A stretch of 20,000 nt of DNA from the NCBI GenBank assembly GCA_001724265.1, contig MEDY01000103.1:57470-77469 (forward strand), given 5' to 3'. A program made the position numbers and the translations under genes. Below the pieces are notes generated by a model. The model made no database searches. It saw nothing but the letters and a program-made list of their open reading frames with translations, and was not told where the DNA came from. Position 1 is the first letter of the stretch. Every line of letters begins with the position of its first letter. Source of the DNA: Rhizaria sp. SCN 62-66 (lineage: Eukaryota). Below are positions 1 to 8,817 of the stretch, piece after piece.

Positions 1-2088
1 CGCCACAGCCTCCTGTTCGGCCTTGACGCGCGCGGCCAGGTGCGCGCCCTCGACGGCGGCCAAGCGCTGCGCCGCGTCGCGCCGGGACGCCTCGGTGGTC
101 GAGCCCAGCTGGCGCGCCAGCGCGAGCTCCTCACGCAGCGACGTCGCCGCGCGCGATGACTCAGCGAGACGCGCTCTGTGGGAGGAAAATAGGCGTGAAA
201 TCAGTTAACCAGTGAGCCAACATGAGTGGCCAATAAACAACTTGCATCCAACGTGTTAATGAATGGGTAAGTGTGTGATACATTGGATTGATAAGGCGAC
301 GTACTGCGTGTCGGCGAGCTTGCTCGCCATGTCTGTGAGCTGAGCCTCAGCCTCGGCGAGCTCCTCGTGGGCGCGCGCGCGCTCCGAGGCCTCAGCCGTG
401 GCCAGCTGCACCGCCTGGTCGGCCTGCGCGCGGTGTGCAGACGCCTGCTGCTGCAGGGTCGCCGCCGTGGACACGTGTGCGCCCGACATAGAACGGAGAC
501 TACACAAGGAATAAAGACACAGATAACAGGAATAAAGATAATGGGTAAAGATTGCAACAAAATAATAATTAAACAAATTATATCAACGCGCAATTGAAGA
601 AATACATTGTGAGGACATTTCACGTACGCGTCGTTCTCCTGGCAGACGGCCTGGTGAACCTCGGCCAACTCGCCCAGGTCCACGCGCAGCTGCTGCTCGC
701 GGTGCTCCATTGCCACCACGGCCTCCTCCAGCCCGCTGCGCGCGGCGCGTTCCTCCTGCAACGCGGCGGCGGCGGCGGCCAGGCGCGTCGCCACAGCCTG
801 GTTGCCCTCGACGACGGCCGTGAGGTCCGCCTCGAGCGTGCGCACGCGCTGCAGCAGCTCCTCACGCGCCAGGCCCTCCGCCGCGGACGCGCCCGCCGCG
901 GCCGCGGCCACGAAGGACGCACGCACCGCAGCCTCGCCGCGCGCCGCAGCAGCAGCCTCGGCCGCGCCGCCTGCGGCCTCGGCCGCCGCAGCCGCAGCCG
1001 CCGCGCGCGCCTCGGCGCTGCGCAGCGCATCCTGCAGCCCCGCCTCAGAGGCCTGCGCCCCCAGCAGCGCGGAGCGCAGCGCCGCATTCTCGTCGCGCAG
1101 CGCCTCGGCCGCGCGCGCGGCGGTGGCAGCGCCCGCGCCGGCGGGCTCGCCGTCCGCCGCGACGGAGCCGTTGAGGGTGTTGTTGTGCGACAGGCGCGCG
1201 TTCTCGGTGGCCAGCTCGTCGACGCGGCGCCGCAGCAGCCCCACGACCGAGACCTCGCGCGCCTCGACCTCGCGCGTCTGCCCCTCGAGCGCCTCCAGCG
1301 CGCTCACCAGCTGCTGCACCTGCGCGCGCGCCGCCGCAGCCGCGCGCTCCGCGGTCGCAGCGCGCACCTCGGCGCTCTCGCCGCCGCCGCTGACGTTGCC
1401 GCCCGCAGACGAAAGCTGCAGCGCGGGGCTGGTGCTGTTGAGCGCGGTGGCGGTGCGCGAGCGCTCGAGCCCCAGCTCCTGGGTGAGTGAGTCGCACTCA
1501 GCGGCGAGCCCCTCGTAAGCGACGTAGCCGCGCTCGAGCTGGCCGCGCAGGGTGGCCACCTCCTCGCGCGCAGCCGCCTCGCGCGCCGACAGCGCCGCGA
1601 CGCGCGCGCGCAGCTGCGCCCGCGAGAGCGAGCCCAGCGGCACGCCCGAGAAGGACGAGTTGGCGTCCCCGGCAGCGGGCTCGTCGTCGTCGCTGATGCT
1701 GTTGCTGGCGGCGCGGGCGGAGGCTGTGATCGCATAGGCGGCAGCAGCCTCGGCGGCGGTGGCGCGGGCCTCAGTCTCCTCCTCCCCAGCGCGCGCGGCC
1801 TCAACCGCCTCCACGGCGTCGGCGGCCTGGGCCTCAGCGGCCTCGGCGCGCGCGGCAAGCGCGGCATTCTCGGTCTCGAGCGCCTCCACCGCGGCGGCCA
1901 GCTCGTTGGCCTCGCGCTGCAACGCGTCGGCGCCCGCGCTCGCGCCCGACTGCGCGGCCGCCAGCAGCGAGAGCGCGCGCGCCGCCTTGCGGTCCCGCGC
2001 CGCCACGGCCGCGCGCAGTGTCGTCGCCTCGTGCCGCAGCGCAGCCACCTGCGCGGTCAGACGGCGCTCGTTCGCACCCGCGTCGCGC

Positions 2089-2120
<32 letters not shown>

Positions 2121-3764
2121 ACCGCTGCCGCCGCTGCTACCCGCACTGCTCGAAGCAGTGGTGCTGCGCATAGGGAGCCCGCGGGCCGCGAGCGCGCTGT
2201 TGCTGCTGACAGCGCCGCCCGCGCCGGAAGCGGCAGGACGGTCCGGCGAGCGGAGCGCGGCGGCCGCGGCGGCGGGGGCGAGCCCCGTAAGGACGCGCTC
2301 GGTGCGCACGCGTTCGGCGTTGAGGAAGTCGAGTTGCGCAGTCATCTTGCGGATAGTCTTGGCGTTGGCGGCCAGCTCAAAGTCGCACTGCACCTTGTCC
2401 CAGTTGACGTGCGCCGCCACCAGCCCGCCCAGTCGGTCCAGCTCCGCCTGCTGCAGCGCCAGCCGAGCGCGGTAGCCCTCCTCGCGCGCCGCGAAGCCCG
2501 CCGCGGCGCCGCGCAGCGCGGCGGCCTCCTGCGTCAGCGCCTCGATGCGGCCCTGCGCTGTCTTGAGCACGGCCACGGCGCGCGACTCGGATGCCGCGGC
2601 GGCGGCGGCGGCAGCGGAGGCGGGGTCGGCCGCCGACAGCGCCGCCGCGGACACGGACACGGGCGCGGCGGCCGAGGCCGCAGGCGGCAGCGTCGAGCGC
2701 AGGTCGAACAACTCACGCGCGCCCGACGCGGGGCCGGCGGCGCCGCTGGCGGCCGCGGCGTTGCTGGCGGCGGTGGTCGCGGCGGCGTCGCGCGCGCGGC
2801 GGTGCAGCGCATCGACCTTGGCTTCGAGCTCCTCCACGCGGCGCGCCTTCTGCCCGTGCAGGAACTTCAGGTCGGCGTGCGCCGCGGCCATGGCGCGCAG
2901 GCGCTGCGCAGCGTCGCGCTCGGCGGCGTCACGGCGCTCGGCCTCGGCGACAAGACGCGCATGCAGCGCCGCGTTGGCGCGCAGCAGACGCTGCGTCTCG
3001 CGGCGCAGCGGCAGCACCTGCGAGCGCGACAGCACCGAGTCCGCCAGCGCCGCATTGGCCGCCTCGGCCGCCGCCTCGAGCGGGGCGCCGCCCACCACGG
3101 CGCCGCCGACCACGGCCGTGTTGCCTGCGGCCGTGGCGTGCGGGTTGGCCGAGACGTTGAGCGTGGGCGGGAAGATGCCGCTGACGTCCGTGACGGCCGT
3201 GCGCAGCGGCGCGGGCAGCGGCGCCGACGCGGCCGCGCGCGCGTCAAAGTAGCCCAGCGGCGTCTGCTCGCTCACCACGCGCACGTCGCGCCACGCGCCG
3301 TTGCCGCCGCTGGCCGACGTCGGACGAGAACGCCCGCGCGGAGCCGGGGAGGCGAGGTCGGGGTCTGCGGCGCCCCAGGCCGCGTCCGCGTCGCTGCCGC
3401 CACCGCCATCGGTGTCGCTGTTGTAGTCGCTACCACTGTAGTCGGCGCGCTCACGCGGGAGCGTGGAGCCAGGAGCAAATCGCACAGACGGCCGAGCTTT
3501 ATTGCTGCCACCGTTGCTATTCGCGAGGTCGGAAGCGAGGGAAGCGTTCTTTTCTTCCCATTTGAGCAGACGCTTCTGGGCGTCGATAAAGGTGTCAATG
3601 TTGGCGTCCAGCTCTCCGCGAGCGCGCTGCACCTGCACGCCGCGCACAGAGCGTCCGCGCTGCATCGTCACAGTGGGGCCCATCGACGCCACGGACGAGC
3701 TGCCGCCCGCTGAGCCGCCGTGCGCGCCGGAGCGCGAGGCCGAAGAGGAGCGAGCACCGTACAT
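1..3764 (-). CDS. CEP135: CEP135/BLD10-like centriole/basal-body coiled-coil protein, 3' end outside window; exons 3764-628, 499-305, 175-<1
   Basis: Segments LPLRRETQRLLRANAALHARL...HADLKFLHGQKARRVEELE and QQAELDRL...NAKTIRKMTAQLDFLNAE resemble the conserved CEP135 N-terminal blocks (..ADLKFL.., ..QVDFL..), followed by long heptad/Ala-rich coiled coil. Removing two GTACGT..AG introns keeps the frame open to position 1. Confidence 0.75.
176..304 (-). other. Spliceosomal intron 2 of CEP135-like gene (129 nt, phase 2)
   Basis: CA|GTACGT...ttttcctcccacAG|A; join reads LADTQ-ARLAESSR in frame. Confidence 0.85.
500..627 (-). other. Spliceosomal intron 1 of CEP135-like gene (128 nt, phase 2)
   Basis: GC|GTACGT...ccttgtgtAG|T; AT-rich; join reads ENDA-LRSMSGAHV in frame. 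Confidence 0.85.
2090..2120 (-). repeat. (AGC)n trinucleotide tract encoding poly-Ser in CEP135-like protein
   Basis: About 10 tandem gct units on the + strand. Confidence 0.9.
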
Positions 3765-4445
3765 GTGTCGTCTGTAGTTAGCCTAATGCCAGATGGTGGC
3801 CGAAAAAGAATATAACAACTGTCTGTGGCCAGGGAGGGTCAGACAAACAGGGGCAAGAGAGTACTACAAACGGAGGGCGCGCGAAGATAAGAAAGAGAGG
3901 AAATGACGTGAGTGGATCAAGACTCATGAGCTATTATTAATGTGAAGCAGAAATTCGCCTTCAAAAAGGCTATACTTTCAAATACAATATGAAGCAGTCG
4001 GTCCATCACAGCTTTCTAGCAAGTCAAAGTGGGGCAACTGATTTCGAAATTTCGAGGCGACCGTTGCCGACGGTCTGGTGAGAAAGCAAAAGTTGTACCG
4101 AGATCTTTATCGACCAGGTCCAATCGAAAGCGTATTTTGTAGTGTGTTTTTCGATGCCTATTCGGCTTCACTTGACATATTTTCCCTGTGACCAGCGTCT
4201 CGTGTTGGCTCTTTATTATTTGTTTGCTGTCATTGTATTATGAACTTGTATATCTCGTGTTTTATCATTAAAGACAGGACGACTCGGCTCTCTTTCGACT
4301 GCGACCTTCAATCTCCACATCACAGCGCATTGTCCTTCTTAATCGTTCTTATAAGAGAGCCTAAACCGTTGCCGCACTTTTCCACTGCTTATTATTTTCA
4401 ATAATATTCCCCTTGTCCCTTGTGCGCTACCTCTGCTTTAGCTTT
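3765..4445. promoter_or_regulatory. Divergent (head-to-head) intergenic region, probable bidirectional promoter for CEP135-like and SSADH genes
   Basis: 681-nt AT-richer spacer between two divergent ATGs; ACCGTTGCCG occurs twice (4060, 4365). Confidence 0.55.
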
Positions 4446-6047
4446 ATGCTGCGCCAGCTGCTCTCTGTCGCCTCTCGCCGCAGTGCTCCCCTTTCCTCGT
4501 CCGCCACGTCGCTCCACCGCACCGCCTCCGCCTCGATGTCCGCCGCCACGCCCGCCGCGATTGCGGCGAAGCTCAAGACGCCCTCGCTCTACCAGACGCA
4601 GCAGTACATCAACGGTGAGTTCGTGCCCGCTGCGGGCAACGCCACTCTCGCTGTCGAGGACCCCGGCACTCAGCAGGTCATCGGCGTCGTCTCCAATGGT
4701 GGCGTCGCTGAGACCGAGGCTGCGATTTCCGCCGCGGCCGCCGCGCTGCCCGCTTGGCGCGCGACGCCGCTGGAGAAGCGCTGCGCGGTCGTGCAGAAGT
4801 GGGGCGAGTTGATGCACGAACACAAGGACGACCTGGCGACGATCCTCTCGATGGAGCAGGGCAAGCCCTTCCTCGAGGCGCGCGGCGAGGTGCTCTACGC
4901 CGCCGGGTTCTACGACTTCTGCGCCAAGAACGGGCCCGCCGCGCTGGCGCCGCAGGTGCTGGTGCCCGCGACGGCCAAGACACCGACCGAGGTGCGCGTG
5001 ACGCGCGAGGCCGTGGGTGTCGTCGGCGCTATCACACCCTGGAACTTCCCCTCGGCCATGATCACGCGCAAGGCCGCGGCCGCGCTCGCCGCGGGCTGCA
5101 CCATGGTGATCAAGCCCTCCGAGCTGACGCCCTACTCGGCGCTCGCGCTGGGCGAGCTGGCGACGCAGGCCGGCGTGCCCGCGGGCGTCTTCAACGTCGT
5201 GGTCGGCGCCGACGCGGCCGGCATGGGCAAGGTCATGACCGAGTCGCCCGTCGTGCGCAAGATCACCTTCACGGGCTCCACGCGCGTCGGCAAGCTCCTC
5301 ATGGCGCAGTCGGCCGGCACCGTCAAGCGCGTGTCGCTGGAGCTGGGCGGCAACGCGCCCTTCATCGTCTTCGACGACGCCGACCTGGACCTGGCCGTCG
5401 CTCAGGCCACCGCGGCCAAGTCCCGCAACTGCGGTCAGACGTGCGTCACGCCCAACCGCTTTATCGTGCATGCGTCCGTGTACGACGCCTTTGCGGAGCG
5501 CTTCGCGGCCGCGATGCGCGCGCTTAAGGTCGGCTACGGCCTGGCCGAGGGCTCCCAGGTTGGGCCGCTCATCAACTCCGCCGCCGTGACCAAAGTCGAA
5601 GAGCAGCTCAAGGACGCCGTCTCGCGCGGCGGCCGTGTCCTCGTGGGCGGCAAGCGCGCCGATGTGGGCACGGGCTCGCAGCTCTTCTTCGAGCCGACCG
5701 TGATCGCCGACGCCACCAAGGACATGCTGTGCTTCCGCGAGGAGACCTTCGGCCCGCTGGCGCCGCTCTTCAAGTTCTCCACCGAGGAGGAGGCGCTGGC
5801 GCTCGCCAACGACACGCGCGCCGGGCTGGCGAGCTACTTCTTCTCGCGCGACGAGGCGCGGCAGGAGCGCGTTGCCGCGGGGCTCGAGTACGGCATGGTC
5901 GGTGTCAACGTCGGCTCCGTGTCCTCGCCCGCCGCGCCCTTCGGCGGCATGAAGGAGTCCGGCGTCGGCCGCGAGGGCTCGCTCTTCGGCTTCGACGAGT
6001 ACGTCGAGGTCAAGGCGCGCCACTACAACCTCGCCGGCAAGCTCTAA
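4446..6047 (+). CDS. ALDH5A1: Succinate-semialdehyde dehydrogenase (ALDH5/GabD family), intronless, with predicted mitochondrial presequence; stop TAA
   Basis: ITPWNFPSAMITRK, KPSELTP, FTGSTRVGK, LELGGNAPFIVFDDAD, RNCGQTCV (catalytic Cys), EETFGP, PFGGMKESGVGREG. First true ATG is 4446 (the ORF track starts at an upstream TTG); MLRQLLSVASRRSAPLSSSATSLHRTAS is Arg/Ser-rich with no acidic residues. Confidence 0.93.
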   Translation: MLRQLLSVASRRSAPLSSSATSLHRTASASMSAATPAAIAAKLKTPSLYQTQQYINGEFVPAAGNATLAVEDPGTQQVIGVVSNGGVAETEAAISAAAAALPAWRATPLEKRCAVVQKWGELMHEHKDDLATILSMEQGKPFLEARGEVLYAAGFYDFCAKNGPAALAPQVLVPATAKTPTEVRVTREAVGVVGAITPWNFPSAMITRKAAAALAAGCTMVIKPSELTPYSALALGELATQAGVPAGVFNVVVGADAAGMGKVMTESPVVRKITFTGSTRVGKLLMAQSAGTVKRVSLELGGNAPFIVFDDADLDLAVAQATAAKSRNCGQTCVTPNRFIVHASVYDAFAERFAAAMRALKVGYGLAEGSQVGPLINSAAVTKVEEQLKDAVSRGGRVLVGGKRADVGTGSQLFFEPTVIADATKDMLCFREETFGPLAPLFKFSTEEEALALANDTRAGLASYFFSRDEARQERVAAGLEYGMVGVNVGSVSSPAAPFGGMKESGVGREGSLFGFDEYVEVKARHYNLAGKL

Positions 6048-6455
6048 GTGCGCAGCTGCTCCGCTGTCGCTGTGACAGAACAAGAAATGCATCTTCAATG
6101 TCAACATGACTCTGTGTGTTTGTTCTTGTCTGATCTGCTTTGCTCGATGAATGAAGATGTGATTAATTATATCTCCGAATGTAAATTGAATTTCTCGACT
6201 ATTATGAGGGTGTGTTTGTATAATGTATTGCTCAAAATAAAATATGTATATTTGCACACAGACAAACACTGTAATACGTTTGAACACACTGTTCAACGAA
6301 ACTTAGACTCTTCCGGAAATGGGCCCGACATAACAAGGCTCACGATACCTCATATTACAATAGTACACCATATAATGACTCAAAGTGCACATGCACAAGC
6401 ACACCGCCGCATCGATTCTTAAACGAAAAACAGCGCGAAGCACGTGCTCACCTGC

Positions 6456-8308
6456 TCACCGCATGTTGCTGTTGTTCGCAGTGCTGTTGTTGAAGGCGGC
6501 GCGCGCCTCTTGGTCGGCCATCTTCCACTCGGGCTTGAGCTGCAGCAGCCGGTCGCCCAGCTCGCGCAGGTCCACGTGGCCGATCGAGGCCTCCATGCAG
6601 GAGAAGACGGTGTGACAGAAATTGGACTCGTTCTTATCCCACCGGTAGCCCTTAATCTGCGCGCGTGGTGCAGAAAAATAGCAAAGGAAAATAAAAACCA
6701 AGCCATATTTTGAGAAAACCAAAAAAAAAAAAAAAAAGTTCGGATGCATACCAATCTCGTATTCACGCGAAATTAAAAACATTTAGTCTGAAGATATGTC
6801 GTTCTCTCTCATTTGGCACACGTACCTTCCAGCTGCCCGCGTCGGGGTCGAATGCAAACTCGGCGACAACGGAGGAGACGTCGGCGCGGTTGACCTCATT
6901 GAGAAAGCGCTCGCGCTCGGCGGGCAGCATCGTCGTCGCGCGCGCCATGATCTGGTGCGAGCGCTGCCCGAACGGCTCCGACGCGGCCATGATCATCACC
7001 AGGTCGCCTGAGAAACAATTGGCAAGAGAAGAAACAAGGCGGAACAATGTGAGCTTCAAGCATCATAATATATCTCCGTCCAATAAAATTAAAAACGCAC
7101 ACACGATTTCCGAGCGAGTGCCTGTGCGTACCCTTGTTGTCGAACCAGGGCTTCCGGAGGAGGAAGTCGACGGTGTTCATGCCGGGCCACTTCCATTTGT
7201 AAATGGGCAGAGATGTGCGGGTCATCGCGTAGTTGTTGTCGTTAGGTGTAAAAATAAGCCCGTCGTTAAGCGTTTTGATGCCCTTCTCGGCGTTGTCGAA
7301 GCAGTAATGTTTGTCGCCGTGCACGCGGAACTCAACCATCATGCGCTGCAGCGACTTCATGTCGTACGCGGGCTTGAACAGCTTCGTCGTCAGCACGAAC
7401 GGCAGCTTCGCGTCGCTCGACGCCAGCTGCGCGCGGCCCAGGGCCTCGTTCATGGCGTTGCGCGCGAGCCCGGCGCGCTGGAGCCGGTCGACGAGCAGCA
7501 GCTGCGCCGTGTCGTCGCCGTTGAGGCACACGACGTCAAACACGGCGAGCACAAACGGGCCCGACTGGCGCGCCGCGAGCAGCTCCGTGCCGGGCGGCGC
7601 GCCCATGACGTTGCGCACGAGCTCGCAATCGAGCAACGAAGGCCCGCGCGTGGCGAGCACGGCGGCGAAAAGCCCGCGGTCGTCGTCGATCTGGTAGAAG
7701 TCGAACGAGCGGTCGATGAGGAACACGCCCAGCGCGGGGTGCGCCAGCAGCATCGTGCGCAGCCCGTCCGTCTTCTCGCACACCCAGTAGCCGCGCGCGA
7801 TCGTGGGGATCGCGGCGCGCGACATAGTGTGCGGCAGCGGCCCCGGCAGCTTGCGCGGGATCCGGCCCGCGCCCAGCCCCAGCAGCGACGCCACGACGCC
7901 GCGCAGCTCGCCCACGCGCCCGCCCTCGTGAACCTTGTACGCGAACGGGTAGTACGAGTCTGGCGCACCGGGCCGCGCGCCGGCGGGCACGCGCACGCCC
8001 GCAGACGAGCCCGCAGAGACAGAGACTGAGCCGGAGCCGGAGCCGGCGCCGGATGAGCTGGGCGGGGACGGGCGGGGCTGTGCAGCGGGCGCGGACGCCG
8101 CAAACGAGGCCGACGCTGCGGCGTCAGCAAATGCGGAAGTAGAGGCCGCAGAGGCGTCATCGAAACCGGCCGCGGGCGGGGGTAGCTGCACCATGTCGTT
8201 GCTGCTCAAGGCGGAGCCGTCAGCGGCGTAAGACGAGGGAGACGGAGGAGTGTATGAAGACGCAACGCACGCGCGCTTGTCGTCATGGGATGGAAGCTTG
8301 TCGCTCAT
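6456..8308 (-). CDS. mRNA capping enzyme, guanylyltransferase (NTase + OB domains), about 519 aa; exons 8308-7132, 7007-6826, 6656-6456; stop TGA
   Basis: Nucleotidyltransferase motifs in order: LPGPLP, I YWVCEKTDGLR, III LLDCEL, IIIa VFDV, IV DGLIFTP, V YKWKW..NTVDF, and after splicing VAEF..W and VI YRWDKNESN. Confidence 0.9.
6657..6825 (-). other. Intron 2 of guanylyltransferase gene (169 nt, phase 0)
   Basis: AAG|GTACGT...gcgcgcAG|ATT; contains a T17 run; join reads GSWK-IKGYRWDK and restores motif VI. Confidence 0.88.
7008..7131 (-). other. Intron 1 of guanylyltransferase gene (124 nt, phase 1)
   Basis: G|GTACGC...tgtttctcAG|GC; join reads WFDNKG-DLVMIMA. Confidence 0.88.
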
Positions 8309-8817
8309 ATTAAGACGGCGCGTGAGTTAGAACGGCAATGATTGTGGCGCTAGAGCGGCGGAGCGAGAGATGGCTGAACGATGACGAGGTGAAAGAGACT
8401 AGAGAAAATTTCAAAGCGGACAACGTGAGAAAAGGGTAGCTGTAGAAAACATAGATTTAAATTTTAGTTTATAAACTCAAAGTTCAATGTGATATTCGCG
8501 TCTCATTGTTATTGTAAGTCAAAACACGAAAGAAGCCGTCATCTAAATCAAGGCAGCCTAGGACACCTTTTCGCGCGGCCCGCGACAACTAAACGTTAGC
8601 ACATTACCTATACCAGAGTCTATTTATTGCTACATACTAGACAAATCAATTTTATTTCAAGTGGGTTTCTTTTGTTGACATGTATTTTTAACTTAAAATC
8701 TTTCTATACTCTTGTGACAATACGCTAAATAAATGTGGTCCCCCTGGCCAATGTTACACTTTGCACAACACGAACTTGTCGCTCTCATGTATCAAGTTCG
8801 CACCAGCAGGGTAGTCT

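Noticed and set aside
201-627. Hydrophobic 'transmembrane' tail in the 1187-aa ORF (IICLIIILL..)
   Set aside because: It is the translation of the AT-rich intron 627-500 followed by an out-of-frame exon.
4021-4140. Possible tRNA/ncRNA (suppressor tRNA sought here and at 19911-19980)
   Set aside because: Only short hairpins; no cloverleaf, T-loop GTTCRA in proper context, or CUA anticodon arm found by eye.
4398-6296. 632-aa antisense ORF over SSADH, and other long antisense/alternate-frame ORFs (2031-3713, 6710-8029, 15382-16509, 17692-19269)
   Set aside because: Shadow ORFs expected from extreme GC3 bias; Arg/Ala/Gly-rich with no family motifs, and they overlap well-supported genes.
6440-6460. 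Tandem GTGAGC donor-like sites at the capping enzyme stop, suggesting a further exon
   Set aside because: All catalytic motifs are already complete and no convincing downstream coding exon is visible in the short spacer before the convergent SSADH; TGA stop kept.
8569-8576. E2F-like TTTCGCGC upstream of the capping enzyme
   Set aside because: Single short match with no supporting context.
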